Source: the human T2T-CHM13v2.0 reference genome, Homo sapiens. From it: 64,000 nt of DNA. The notes under the pieces were generated by a model that did no database searches, had not been told where the DNA came from, and was given only the letters and a program-made list of their open reading frames with translations. Location: assembly GCF_009914755.1 (NCBI RefSeq), contig NC_060938.1, one strand, 5' to 3'. Below, piece after piece: positions 1-13,088 of this stretch. Positions within the stretch are counted from its first letter, which is position 1; every line of letters starts with the position of its first letter. The position numbers and the translations under genes are program-made.

Positions 1-1473
1 GCATTAAATCAGGTTTAGAGTTATTACTATTTTGGACCATGCATCCAAAACACTGAACTAAATGTGGGTTTGTGATTATGAATATACTACAGAACATTCA
101 AAGAGGCCACTATACACTAAAATACAGTAATGTCTTGGTATTTTGAACCATACATGTTCAACACAGTGATTTAATTCATGAGAGAAGAGAGATGTAGGCA
201 TTTCTAAATAGAACGAATCATGAAAACAGAGACCTTTACATGGAAGTGACATATCTAACAGGAGTTTGGAAAGCATTGAGCTCAGGGTGTACAACACATG
301 GCTAGGAAATCAATGTAACATTCCCTTCAGGTGTATTAGGCAACTGCTTCTCTCCTAACTTATGAGAAATGTAGCTCAGACACTGCAATTTCTTAAAAAA
401 CTATAAGAAAAGGCATTGATGCTACATTAATAAATGTTCTCCCAAAGTAGTAAACCATGTGAGATTTGTATTCAGTTTTCTACTTCTTATCTACATAGAG
501 TGTTATCTCCATTATTTACTTTACACTCTTCTCTATTTTTAAAAAAGTAGAATAAAGAATTCTGAAATGTTTCTTGAATTTTATTTCTATCAGCACTCTA
601 CACTCTTATTCTGTGCATGGACATTCTTAAATGAGGATGGGAATTCGATGCACAAAATATCTTTATGCTTACTCAGAAACCTGGTCCATGGATCCTGATT
701 TAATTACAGAGAAGAATGAGAGGAGATAAACCTAGATTTCTATATCTACTGTATCCATGACACAATTAATCTAAGACTCACAGAGGTCTACACATTCAGA
801 AGCCTTGAAAATAATTTCTTTGATGTAATAAAGAGAAAACTGTTTTCCTTAACTGAATTTCTTGACTTCTGTAGACCAGAAATCAGATGCCTCATATTAT
901 TGTAGTGGTTTTTTCTCCCCACAGTTTAATCTAGGATCCTTTAAAACCAAGGCTACTTCTAAATTCAGTAAGATTATATACAAACTTGATTTTATGAATT
1001 ATGTGAATGCCACTGCTGAGAAGTCTCACTGGCAATATAATATGATTATGCAAATGTACACATCAGACAAATTAAAGGCATAAAAAGAAATCATAAAATT
1101 GAAGAAATAAATTTTTAAGGCTTTGTTTATTTCAGGTCTTTTATGTCAAAGTTGGAAACTTTCTTTTGTAAGGATACAGGTGAAAACTGTTAGGTAGGGT
1201 AGAGAGGAGAAAATCATACCCTAGGCACATATTTGTTGTTCACTGGGTTAGTCCCTTACAAAGGGTGCATAAGCAACACAGATATTTTATATTGGACATT
1301 TTGCCAGTTGTACATGGATTCAATATAGTTGCAAATGATCCCATTATGAAAATTAAATTCAATGCATCATTTTTCTCTAACAAGTTACTGTTCTTGATAA
1401 ACTAATGGAATAAAAGATTCTGCATTGTATTCATGGCACTTAAGGATAGATGTTGCAGTACTTTAATATTACA

Positions 1474-1533
1474 CTTTAATCATTATACTTCAATACTTCA
1501 ATGCTTTAATCATCATACTTCAATACTTTAATA
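1474..1533. repeat. 30-bp tandem duplication built from ACTTYAAT subunits
   Basis: ctttaatcattatacttcaatacttcaatg at 1474-1503 is followed by ctttaatcatcatacttcaatactttaata at 1504-1533. Confidence 0.8.
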
Positions 1534-1965
1534 ATTACAGCAAGATTTGGTAGATTATTTTATGCCTACTTAGAAAAGCAAGTATTTTTAAAGCAAACAA
1601 AAAATAGAAATGAAACAAACACCGATTACAATACAATTTTTCTATTTCTCTTTTAAAAAAATGGGGTAGAGAGAGAACAGAATCTGGTTGCTCACTGACA
1701 CAAGGCTTAAAATGAGCCCCATTTCTCAATACTAATATTTTAAAAATAAAAGTTGGATACTTCCATTGTGAATTCTTTGTTTTCTATATATTTCCATATA
1801 CGATTACTTTGTATTTCTGTATTCCATAAAGAACTGTAACTCCTTTGAGGGCAGACATTTAGTCACTGATCTTTGCAGTCACACTCATGCATTCCTTACA
1901 TTTGCTGAGTCCTTAGCCCATGGTAGTTGTGCAGTAGAAGTTCATTAAACAATTGAAATAAAGAG

Positions 1966-2390
1966 CACATTTCATTGATTCTAAAATCCATCTTTATTTT
2001 TACATTTTAACAATTCTGAGATCAGAATGCCTCTTACATTCAATAGTCTGTCATGGTTGCTATTAGTAATCATGACCTGACTTAAAATAAAATCTCAGAG
2101 GCAGTATTTCTCCATAATTTGGAATTATTAATGCTCTTAATGACACAAGAACAATATCGTATAGAAAACCATGATCATCAATGACCCTGTAATAAAAACT
2201 AATTTAGAAGTCGAGTTCTGAGTGTGAACTATTATAAAAAATTAAATTATTTTGCTTTTATTGGCCTTTTTATGCAGGCCAATAAATGACATATTTTAAA
2301 AAAAATCAAAGTATAAACAAATTTAGAAGAGCTTTTTCAATAATCTTCTATCTCATAAGACATTATGGTAGTTTAACTGGCAGTATGTTT
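1966..2390 (+). mobile_element. Ancient Tc2-type DNA transposon relic (MER104/Kanga-like)
   Basis: The start atttcattgattctaaaat...acattttaacaattctgagatcagaatgcctcttaca resembles the MER104/Kanga terminus. Boundaries are approximate. Confidence 0.45.
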
Positions 2391-3652
2391 TATTTTGTTT
2401 TGATATATAAAATAATCATACATGTTATATATGTACATATGTACATACAATAAATATTGTATGGTATACAATTTTGTGGCAGATGGTACGCTATTCATAG
2501 TGTTTTGATTTATACTGTACCTTGAAATGTTTTGAATAGAGTATACTTTTGTCAAATAGCATATTCCTAATAATTTGCAAAATAACAGATAACTAAAACC
2601 ACCACAATCTACATTCACAAAATCACAAGTGTTTATCTCCATACATTTGATTATGTTTTGCTTCCATCATAAGTAATTTTCATTTGCGTGTTCAAAAGGT
2701 CATCTTCAGCATATGGATGTCCCTTTTAACTTCAGAGGCCTCAGTGTGCACCCTCCACTTCCAACCCAGGACCATACCAGGTGAAGTGAGATATGAAGAA
2801 GCATATGGTCTCTTTGTACATCTGCCTCAGAACTTCTTTCCATCTTCCAAAATGGAGAGAAAACATGCCTAAATGGTGCCAGCATACTAGCTGGTAATGA
2901 CCACATTAGAACAGCATTGCTACTTTGACTTAGTGACTTACATTTTGCTTCAGTTCCTCAAATAAGCATTGCGTCTTCTATCTCTGACTTTTCTGTCTTT
3001 TCTCAATTTCAATCTGTCAAAACACTACTCGACCTATAAGACCTAGTATGAATGTTATTAGATATTCCCTAATAACCTCAGCCAGAAGTGGCTATACATT
3101 TTTTAATTTCTATATCTTTTGTTTATTCTTTTAGAACACCGTATCATATGACTATTGATATATATTATTTTCACTATCTGACAGTGGAATCCTGAGTACA
3201 GGGTAATGTTTGATAGATCTCTATATAACCTCACAATTTAAAGCCATGATTGCAATAGGGGCTCAATAAAAGTTTATTAAATTGATAAATTTACTGAATT
3301 CCTAAACTATTATACAATCAGTGTATATTTTACACAGTGAATGTTTTATGCTGCAAGCCACATTTTTTCTTTCAATCTTTTTTTAGCTAACAACATATTA
3401 TAAAAAGCATTTGATGGTATCACTAAGAATATGTTATGAAAGCTATTCAACGCATATATAAAGCACTGTTATTAATCTTTAACCTGTTTAAGTTCCACTT
3501 ATAATTACCCACCATTATTATTTATACATGATTTTATCTGTATTTTACAGATACATGCAATATTTGAGGAGGTAATTTTATATCAACCATTATTTGCTTT
3601 TTGAGAGCCTAACCTAGGAATCTACGTTGTAACATTCTTTCAGCAAACTTAC

Positions 3653-3922
3653 CTCTCACAATGATGTTGGTGGACTTTTTTGCAGGGTTTCCCACATTAT
3701 TATTGGCAATGCAGCTGTAAGTACCAGCATCATCTGAGGTGATGGCAGGTATGGTCAAAGTTCCTCCATTCAAAACAGTCTTTTCAGGCAGAGTCCCAAA
3801 GGACCTGACCCAGGTGAGAGAAGGTGCAGGCTCTCCTCCTGTTGTAACACATACTAATGTTATGGCCTCTCCAGGATTTACAACTATAGGATCATCCACC
3901 AAGAGTTTAATTGACGGTGATG
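3653..3922 (-). CDS. MDGA2: MDGA2 internal coding exon (270 nt, phase 1 to 1), complete Ig domain 3
   Basis: Minus strand reads tcttttag|CA TCA CCG...GTG AGA G|gtaagt. It encodes (A)SPSIKLLVDDPIVVNPGEAITLVCVTTGGEPAPSLTWVR...DDAGTYSCIANNNVGNPAKKSTNIIVR, a typical I-set Ig domain. Confidence 0.95.
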
Positions 3923-6444
3923 CTAAAAGACATAAACAGAAGAACGTGCACCTATTTAGATATGCTACAACTAGAATTCAACAGCATGCATTATATTGGT
4001 TCATTCAAAAAATTAAAATGAAATATAGTCCTCTTTTGCCAAAATCATACTGTATTACTCAAATTTAAACTAGATTTAATGGTTTCATATTTTAATTAAA
4101 TGGTATAAACATGTAGAACTGTATTAAGAATCTTACACATAGAAAGGGGAAATAAAATTTATGTTTCCTGGATTATTGTTCTGAAATTGGAATAATAAGC
4201 ATGATTAAGGTTTTAAAACAAAATATCCCTTTCTTTTTTAATGCTGACAATCATCTTCTGTTTTTGTCATTCCCAGTACAGATACTGCAGATATTCAGTC
4301 CTTGTATTTTCATGGTGAAGATGGTTAATTATTTATTTTTTGGATCATTCTGAGATGAAATGATAAATTTTTGCAATCTGAATACAACCAAGTGACAGAT
4401 AAAGTCATAGATCACCCAGGCTTTTACCATTCAGTGAGCCTGATTTTTGTTCTCGAAAGAAAAAAATAAAATCAACTAATTCTAATGCAGTGTCCATACT
4501 TCATCTCTAACCTCTTCACTTACAAAGGTCTAGGCAGTGAGCTCCTATCAACACAGCTTTAAAACTTAGAAACAAACATTCAAGAGCTCAAACAGCCACC
4601 AAACCATGCTTGCCACTACTGTTTGGGTTATAAAAATCCCTTACTGAAAACAAGTCTTTTGTAATCTTTTAGGTTAAAAAATACAAAGATAAACATTCAT
4701 TCAGTAGAAAAAGCTGTGTGCAGCCTTTTCATCAAACACTCCAAATAGAAACTGTACAAAAACTTTCTTCACATATAGCACATTTTTTTTCTGCTTACAC
4801 TGCCGTGCTAGCCTAAATAATGCATCCCTAAATAAAAACAGGAGAAATACATTATAATGACATTTCAAGTGACACATTCAGAAATATTTTGTCAAAGTTA
4901 GAGCTGTATTATATGAAATCAATCTACATCGGAAATATTTAAACTGTTCAATTGTACTGTGTTTTTTTTAATATATTAACTTCAGCTTAGAGTTGAGGAG
5001 TGTTTTACTCAGAATAAAAGCTAGACTACTTGTGAAGTTCAAAACTGTCTGCCGTGTTTGAAAAAAAAAAAAAAAAAAAAGCCAGAAAAGGCAAGAAAAT
5101 AATTTCACATTACAGTTCTATGGGAAAGACATGAAGTGCCTGTATGACCTTTTTAAGCATCAATGTTTCATGTTGAGTCTTCTAACATCACTTTAAATAA
5201 TATGGGAATTTTTAAAATGTCATACTATTAGCCCTTCTGAGGAGTTAATATGAAATTATAAATATTTATGATTACAAACCTGTTGGGAAATGCACATCAT
5301 GAAAAAAGTATGCAAAAGTTGCCATATTTTGGTGAAAAAAACCTCAAAGAGTTATTTAATGTTAAACTGATGGAGGACAGTACTAATTAAATATTCTGAA
5401 AATAGATATTATACTTAATTATTAATATATCATCATGAAGAGGTAAAGAAAATCTCTATACCCTGACTTAAGGTAAATAGCATAATCATACACAAGTATT
5501 TGATTAAAATATAGAGATCTCAACATTTATATCATATTAACAGATTAATTTCTTTTACATCACATTTTAGTCAAATTAAAAGGCCCAAGGCCTAAAGGCC
5601 ATTAACAGCATATATTTGGACTATGGACATACCCAATGGTGACATTAAGTCCGGGAATATTTGCCCCTGAAATTGATTTGTATAGGATGAGTTGTTTTCT
5701 ATTAGATATTATTTAACGCAAAAAAGCTTAAGATAATTTCAAAGCTCAAAAAATAATGCATATATAACAAGATCACTGTTCTAACTATAATACATTTTAG
5801 AACTACCTTCACAACATTGTTAAAAATGTTTTCTTCCAAATTTGACTTGGAAACACAGTATTGCTCAAGTTACGTTTATTGATGGTGGCACTTATTTTAT
5901 CTGTTTATACCTGAAACTAAAAATAGCCCAGATAGACCACAAAACAGCTAACAATTTCAAGACTTTAAAAATATTTGTATATATTTTAATACCAAAATTT
6001 GCTAGCTTTAAATTTCAAAATAGAAAAAAAAGTTGAAATCATTGTCATTTTGTTCTAGTATTTTACTTTTTATTTCATAAATATCAGCTTTTTAAAACTA
6101 TAAGGCTTTGCTTAAGAACCAGAGACATTCAGATTTATCAAGCAAGCTTCAGTGTAAATCATGTCGTTGAGTAAAAACTGATATAGGAAAAACATAAAAA
6201 TATTTTTGTCCATTAAAATATTTTAAGGAAAATATTTCATATTGGATGAATCATTTGCTAATTTGGGGGTATACAAAGAGTAACATAAAACATTATAGGT
6301 TAGTCATTCTCTTCTTATAGGTTTCCATAGCTACCCCTGCCAGTTTTTTCTTCATATTACCTTGTATATTAGCCAGGCTACCAATATGACTCTTCAGCCA
6401 GATGAAAAGTGTCATGATTGCATTCTCTGAAGTATTATATAATG

Positions 6445-6640
6445 TGATAGTTAAGTGGTAAGAGTACAAATTCTAGAGTAAGGTACCTGGGTTCAAGTCT
6501 TGACTCTGCCATTTAATACCTGTGTGAACTTGAGCAAGTTCTTTGTTTTCAGTTGAGGGCCTCAATTTCCCATTGTTGAAATGGGGGAAAATACTTGTAA
6601 CTATCTTGAAGTATTTAGATAATTTAACATGCGTAATCTA
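6445..6640 (+). mobile_element. MIR SINE
   Basis: MIR core: cctgggttcaagtcttgactctgccattta...tgtgtgaacttgagcaagtt...cctcaatttccc...aaatgggg. Confidence 0.7.
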
Positions 6641-7876
6641 AAGTCCTTTTGATAATAGCTAGTACGAAGGATGCACAAAGTGTTTTCTTTTATCATTTAT
6701 TTACCCTCACAGCCTAGTCCAGTGCTTGGAACTCAGTGGGTGCTTAATAAATATTAGTAACACGAGGCAGTAAATGGGAAAATGAATAAGTGAGTAACTA
6801 CTATAAAATATGTGGTCACTATAGAATACAGTTATTCTGATTGCATACTGCAGAAATATCTCTACCATTTTGACTTTTGAAAGTCCTATACCATATATAT
6901 AAAACATATTTAAATACATCTCTACATTTCAAATAAATAATTATTAATTTTGTTTTATAATATTTTTATTTGGAAATTGAAACTATTGTTTTTCAAGATT
7001 CAACATTTTCCCAGGACCTTTAAAAGCTCATGGGCAAAAGGTACTATATCTATGTTAGCACTTGTGTAGGTAAGTGATACTTTTTCACAATGTCCTGAAA
7101 CTGCCCAACCACCCTCATTCTATCCATTACAAGCTTCTTCTTCTGCACTTATATGGGTATATAAGACATGAAGAAAGATAAAGTTCATTTTACTAAATCA
7201 TGTACATGTTTAGCATACGTCTACAGCATGTGTTAATTGAATTATCTCATTACTATATAAGGTTAAACATGGAAGGTCATAGAGGTCATAAATTCCCTTA
7301 TTACCATGAAAAAAGTTCACTGTTCTAAAAAACAATTACAGAATGTAAATGTCCATTGATTCATCGCAGCAACATGTGAGATAGATTATTAGTTTATTCT
7401 CATTGATAAGCAATAAAAAATCAAACATGAAAACTGAAATGGGATAAGGAAACACTGGATGAGACAGTATGAAATATTTATTTGAGATCTTCATCAAACC
7501 AAAATGAAAAATGAAAAAGGTGAAATACGTAAAGTAAAAAAGAGGGAAACTTTCTGATTAAGCAGAGCATTTATATTCTAAATTATAGATTATTTTAAAT
7601 GTTTTATAATTAGTGTCAAATTGTGGCTCCAATTACATTAAAATAATTCCAACTACACCACCAGCTGTAAACATTCTCTCTGTAAGCAGTGCTTAAAAAT
7701 GACTATGGTGCCAGTCAGAATACCAGGCTGGTAGTCTTCCAACATGTAATAATGGAAGGCACAGGTCATGATAGACATTGCCACAGAGATTTGAGTCTCC
7801 TCATAAAGATCAGGATGCCAATGTTCTAGCATGCTTGAGGTGCTCTGTAGTGGGGATACTTGATGAATGGAGGGAT

Positions 7877-7930
<54 letters not shown>
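7877..7930. repeat. (GATA)13 tetranucleotide microsatellite
   Basis: Thirteen uninterrupted GATA units at 7877-7928, followed by GA. Confidence 0.97.
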
Positions 7931-9158
7931 AAGAAATTGGTCCTGGAGAGGCATAGTGATTTCGAATGACAAGAAAATAAGAGAAGAGAGAAAGAAAAGG
8001 AAAGAAAGGAAGGGAAAGGGGAACAAAAAGTCTGTGGTTTCTATTTTCCAAAATCATGAACTCTCAATAGAATTTCAATAACTGCAACATAGAAAGTATA
8101 TTTTAGAAAATATCTTTGAGAAAAAGGAATTCTTCCTATTTCCCCATAAGCACCTCTTCTCCTGGCAAACAAAGTTTTCTTGGACTGAGCAACAGACACT
8201 TCAGTGGGTCCAAGAGAGGAATAACTGGCCTCTTGACACCCACACCAAATCCCAAACATCTGGATATTCAAGATCATAGGAGATCAGTTTGTCCCTTCCT
8301 ATTTGAGGTCACTGAGTGTGGCTGCCTATATAGACAAGGACATAGTCATCTCATGGAAAATACTCCATGTTCCAGGGAGACAGCTCCCAGTCCCACAATG
8401 GTGGAATGGAGGGAGCAGAGAGACCAGCTAGCACTGAAAAGTGCCAAAAACAATAGGAATGAGAGAAGTCTCAGGAAATATATGCCTGTCAAAGGATTCA
8501 GACATCATGCTCCAGGCCTTGGTACAACAGCATCTCCTAGAATTTAAATTAAGTGGGAATTCCAAATTGATAAAGTTTTCTGAGGTTATGGCAGAATAAA
8601 GAGTTGAAAGAAAAAATAATACTGAATTATGACATAGTAGAGACAGATACATATTTTTCAAACCCAAGTATGTATACTGGGGTTCATGCCCACTAAAAAT
8701 TATAGTGATTCAGTTCCTCATGATGTCTTCTTGGTGTGTGACACAAATATTTAATTTGGGGTTAAGTAATAATACATTATGTAGAAAGAAAACACTATTT
8801 TAGCAGGTCATTGACTTCTTAGGTGCTTTGTTTTTGCCGCTACCTAACATAATAGGTAAATATGAAGATAAGCATCCTTTTTAAAATCTGAAAGCAGGAT
8901 ACAGTGTTAATCATCTTTACATCCTTACAGACTTTGGCTCTCTGTACATCTGGAGCATTTAATTATGAAAAAGGAACCCAGCTTTCCATCCAGACTCTAA
9001 GCAACTTAGTATAAAGCAGTTAACAATTGTATAAACCTGCCAATTGCCTTGAATTAGAGATATTCTAATTTAAGCTCAAGACTTTTTTTTTTTGAATGGA
9101 AATAATCTGAGTATTATAAAGTAACCTAATTCACAGAGAAGATTGTGAGGAAGGAGAA

Positions 9159-9162
9159 ACAC

Positions 9163-9197
<35 letters not shown>

Positions 9198-9200
9198 CAC
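9159..9200. repeat. Interrupted (AC)n microsatellite
   Basis: (AC)11 AA (AC)9. Confidence 0.95.
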
Positions 9201-9269
9201 AAACTAACTAAATAAATAATAAAACAGAATAAACGCCAATTTTAAAATGCTCAGGTAGGAAATATCTGC

Positions 9270-9680
9270 TTTAGTTTGAAAGCAGGTCCTGGCACAGCAG
9301 TTGATTTGGGCTGGGATCACAGGAAACATATTGAAGAAGCAGAAAAGGGCAAAACAAGGAAGGAAGAAAAGCCAGTAAAGGGTCACTGATGAGCAGGTTA
9401 TCACTGTGGGAAACTTGGCTCCCAGCTGCTAGGAACCCTCTGAGAGACCAAGTCAAGGGCACCGCAAAGCTCTCTATCTAAAGAACAAGGAGCCTGGCTC
9501 AGGTGCTTATCTATCAACTCCTGTCCCTCATTAATTGGGAATTATTCTCTGGGCCTTAACTTTCCCATCTCATGCCCTGGTCGAACACATTCCTGCATTC
9601 AGTGAAAGTTCTCAGATCGAAGAATAAATATGCAATCTGTCCAAAGAAACTGCAGCAACCTCCAGGCCAGGACAGGAGGA
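9270..9680 (-). mobile_element. Old ERVL-class solo LTR (LTR33/LTR16-like)
   Basis: aaagggtcactgatgagcaggttatcactgtgggaaacttggctc...ctctgagagac resembles the reverse strand of LTR33-type elements, with locally raised GC. Boundaries are approximate. Confidence 0.45.
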
Positions 9681-10982
9681 AAGGCAAGACACCCACTGTG
9701 TCTGCTATGACTTTGTTTCCATGTAAATCCAGTGATCAACGAGTGGCTACATGGAGACAATGTGTAAAGAGTAAAGAAAGAACAAGGAAGGGGTAGGCGG
9801 TAAGTGAAAGCACCCCTATCAATCAAGATATGGGTGAAAAATGAAATAATGAGAGCACAGTATGAATTTAAGAGAGACGAGGTAAAAATACACAATTAAG
9901 TTTCCGCTTCTGTTCCGTGACTCTACATTATTTAAACCATAGAACACATACATATGCTAAACAAATTAAATCCAGCTTGTATGTAGAGAAACATGCTTAA
10001 ACTGTGCTTACAGATTCAAGGAATAGAAAAATATTTCTCTTGGAAGAACTAGTCACTTCACTGTGATGAAGATATCACTGTACTTTCATATATTTCATTG
10101 AAATTCATTTTCAACAGGTATTTCATTGAAATATAAGTAGCAGTGAATATTTCACAAAATAAAGATGAGATAATATATTAGAAGTTGATATGAAAACTCA
10201 AAATAATCTACCCATTTATGTGGAGTTATTATTCAAATACTATCCTTCACATATTGATTGACTCTCATGAAGCCCAAGATTGGTATCATGCTGGGAAATT
10301 CTATTTAAAATGATGCTCTAGGAAATAACAATATTTGAAATTGTATTCATAAACAGTTTTTAATGTAGGAGTAAACTTTTGCTACAGATATTGAAGCCAA
10401 CATGCATTTCTCATTGATATTCACAGGACAGACATTTATGGAAATGATTGCAAAGGCAGAATACTGTTCCTTTTTGAAAAATTGCATAACTTTTAGGAAG
10501 AGATGCGATTCATATGACCATGGATCCTAAATGAGAGATTCCCTAGATGGGCTTTGTTTGCCTGGCACAGTATCTGTTGTTGTTGTTATCAACAGTGATG
10601 AATGCCTTTAGGCATTGCTTGTTCTCCCTAGTGCAATAGGTTCCCTACCCATTCATTCATAAGTATTTCTACAGCATCTACTAGATATCAGGCCCTGTGA
10701 TAGTAAGCTGTGATATATCAGCGAACAAAAGAGTCAAAGAATCCCTGCTGTCAGAAGTTTACAACTTAACAAGAAGAGAAACAGCACACTCTGCATGACT
10801 CTCCTTGTCTTAACTGACTTTGTATGTTTACTTCACCTGCCTGTTCTCTGAAGTCATATGCATTTATCAGGCTTGACTGGGATATTTATGTCATTAGAGC
10901 ACGGTGAGCAAAGAAAACTGCCAAAAGTTACATTCTTCAGTAAACTAAGACTTTGCAAAATATAGTAAGTGACACTTATGCT

Positions 10983-11466
10983 TCTCAGGCCTCTGAGCCC
11001 AAGCCAAGCCATCGCATCCCCTGTGACTTGCACGTATACGCCCAGATGGCCTGAAGTAACTGAAGAATCACAAAAGAAGTGAATATGCCTTGCCCCACCT
11101 TAACTGATGACATTCCACCACAAAAGAAGTGTAAATGGCCGGTCCTTGCCTTAACTGATGACATTACCTTGTGAAAGTCCTTTTCCTGGCTCATCCTGGC
11201 TCAAAAAGCACCCCCACTGAGCACCTTGTGACCCCCACTCCTGCCCACTGAGCACCTTGCGACCCCCACTCCTACCCGCCAGAGAACAAACCCCCTTTGA
11301 CTGTAATTTTCCTTTACCTACCCAAATCCTATAAAACGGCCCCACCCTTATCTCCCTTTGCTGACTCTCTTTTCGGACTCAGCCCGCCTGCACCCAGGTG
11401 AAATAAACAGCCATGTTGCTCACACAAAGCCTGTTTGGTGGTCTCTTCACACGGACGTGCATGAAA
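10983..11466 (+). promoter_or_regulatory. HERV-H 5' LTR7 (484 bp) promoter/enhancer
   Basis: Runs from TCTCAGGCCTCTGAGCCCAAG to GCATGAAA. TATAAAA at 11330-11336, GC/GT box GGCCCCACCC at 11338-11347, AATAAA at 11402-11407, ACAAAAGA motifs at 11070 and 11120. Confidence 0.93.
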
Positions 11467-11468
11467 TT

Positions 11469-11486
11469 TGGTGCCGTGACTCAGAT
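11469..11486 (+). other. Primer binding site for tRNA-His
   Basis: TGGTGCCGTGACTCAGAT is a 17/18 match to the complement of the tRNA-His 3' end (TGGTGCCGTGACTCGGAT) and starts 2 nt after the LTR. Confidence 0.93.
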
Positions 11487-12019
11487 CGGGGGACCTCCCT
11501 TGGGAGATCAATCCCCTGTCCTCCTGCTCTTTGCTCCGTGAGAAAGATCCACCTACGACCTCAGGTCCTCAGACCGACCAGCCCAAGAAACAAACATCTC
11601 ACCAATTTCAAATCCGGTAAGCGGCCTCTTTTTACTCTCTTCTCCAACCTCCCTCACTATCCCTCAACCTCTTTCTCCTTTCAATCTTGGCGCCACACTT
11701 CAATCTCTCCCTTCTCTTAATTTCAATTCCTTTCATTTTCTGGTGGAGACAAAAGAGACATATTTTATCTGTGAACCCAAAACTCCGGCACCGGTCACGG
11801 ACTTGGAAGGCAGCATTCCCTTGGTGTTTAATCATTGCAGGGACGCCTCTCTGATTATACACTCACGTTTCAAGGGTGTCAGACCAGGCAGGGACGCCTG
11901 CCTTGGTCCTTCACCCTTAGCGGCAAGTCCCGCTTTCCTGGGGCAGGGGCAAGTACCCCTCAGCCCCTTCTCCTTCACCCTTAGTGGCAAGTCCTGCTTT
12001 CCTAGGGGGCAAGAAGCCC

Positions 12020-12135
12020 CCAATTGCTTATTTCCACACCCCAACCTCTTATCTCTGTGCCCCAATCCCTTATTTCTGCACCCTGACCTCTTATCTCTGT
12101 GCCCCAATCCCTTATTTCTGTGCCCCAACCCCTTC
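12020..12135 (+). repeat. HERV-H leader minisatellite (about 20-21-bp units)
   Basis: Alternating cctcttatctctgtgccccaat and cccttatttctg units. Confidence 0.8.
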
Positions 12136-13088
12136 TCTGCTTTTCTGGAGGGCAAGAACCCCCCACCCCTTCTCCGTGTCTCTACTCTTTTCTCTGGGCT
12201 TGCCTCCTTCACTATGGGTAAGCTTCCACCTTCCATTCCTCCTTCTTCTCCCTTAGCCTGTGTTCTCAAAAACTTAAAACCTCTTCAACTCACACCTGAC
12301 CTAAAACCTAAATGCCTTATTTTCTTCTGCAGTGCTGCTTGACCCCAATACAAACTCGACAGTAGTTCCAAATAGCCAGAAAATGGCACTTTGAATTTTT
12401 CCATCCTGCAAAATCGAAATAATTCTTGTCGTAAAATAGGCAAACGGTCTGAGGTGCCTGACGTCCAGGCATTCTTTTACACATCAGTCCCTTCCTAGTC
12501 TCTGTGCCCAGTGCAACTCGTCCCAAATCTTCCTTCTTTCCCTCCCGCCTGTCCCCTCAGTACCAACCCCAAGCATCGCTGAGTCTTTCTAATCTTCCTT
12601 TTCTACAGACCCATCTGACCTCTCCCCTCCTCCCCAGGCTGCTCCTCGCCAGGCTGAGCTAGGTCCCAATTCTTTCTCAGCCTCTGCTCCTCCACCCTAT
12701 AATCTTTTTATCACCTCCCCTCCTCACACCTGGTCCGGCTTACAGTTTCGTTCCGTGACTAGCCCTCCCCTTCCTGCCCAGCAATTTACTCTTAAAAAGG
12801 TGGCTGGAGCTAAAGGAATAGTCAAAGTTAATGCTCCTTTTTCTTTATCCCAAATCGGATAGCGTTTAGGCTTTTTTTCATCAAATATAAAAATCCAGCC
12901 CAGTTCATGGCTCATTTGGCAGCAACCCTGAGACACTTTACAGCCCTAGACCCTAAAAGGTCAAAAGGCCGTCTTATTCTCAAAATACATTTTATTACCC
13001 AATCTGCTCCCGACATTAAATAAAACTCCAAAAATTAAATTTCGGCCCTCAAACCCCACAACAGGATTTAATTAACCTCGCCTTCAAG

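Noticed and set aside
1474-1533. Tandem repeats here and at 12020-12135 as CRISPR-like arrays
   Set aside because: They are contiguous units with no unique spacers, in a eukaryotic intron, with no cas genes.
5895-5930. Possible recursive splice site on minus (ctatttttagtttcAG|GTataa); similar site at about 24820
   Set aside because: The reconstituted donors (GTATAA, GTAAAA) are weak, and such matches are expected by chance in AT-rich introns.
7653-8057. ORFs with IYLS repeats; also the YI-rich ORFs at 46356-46787
   Set aside because: These are translations of (GATA)n and (TA/CA)n microsatellites.
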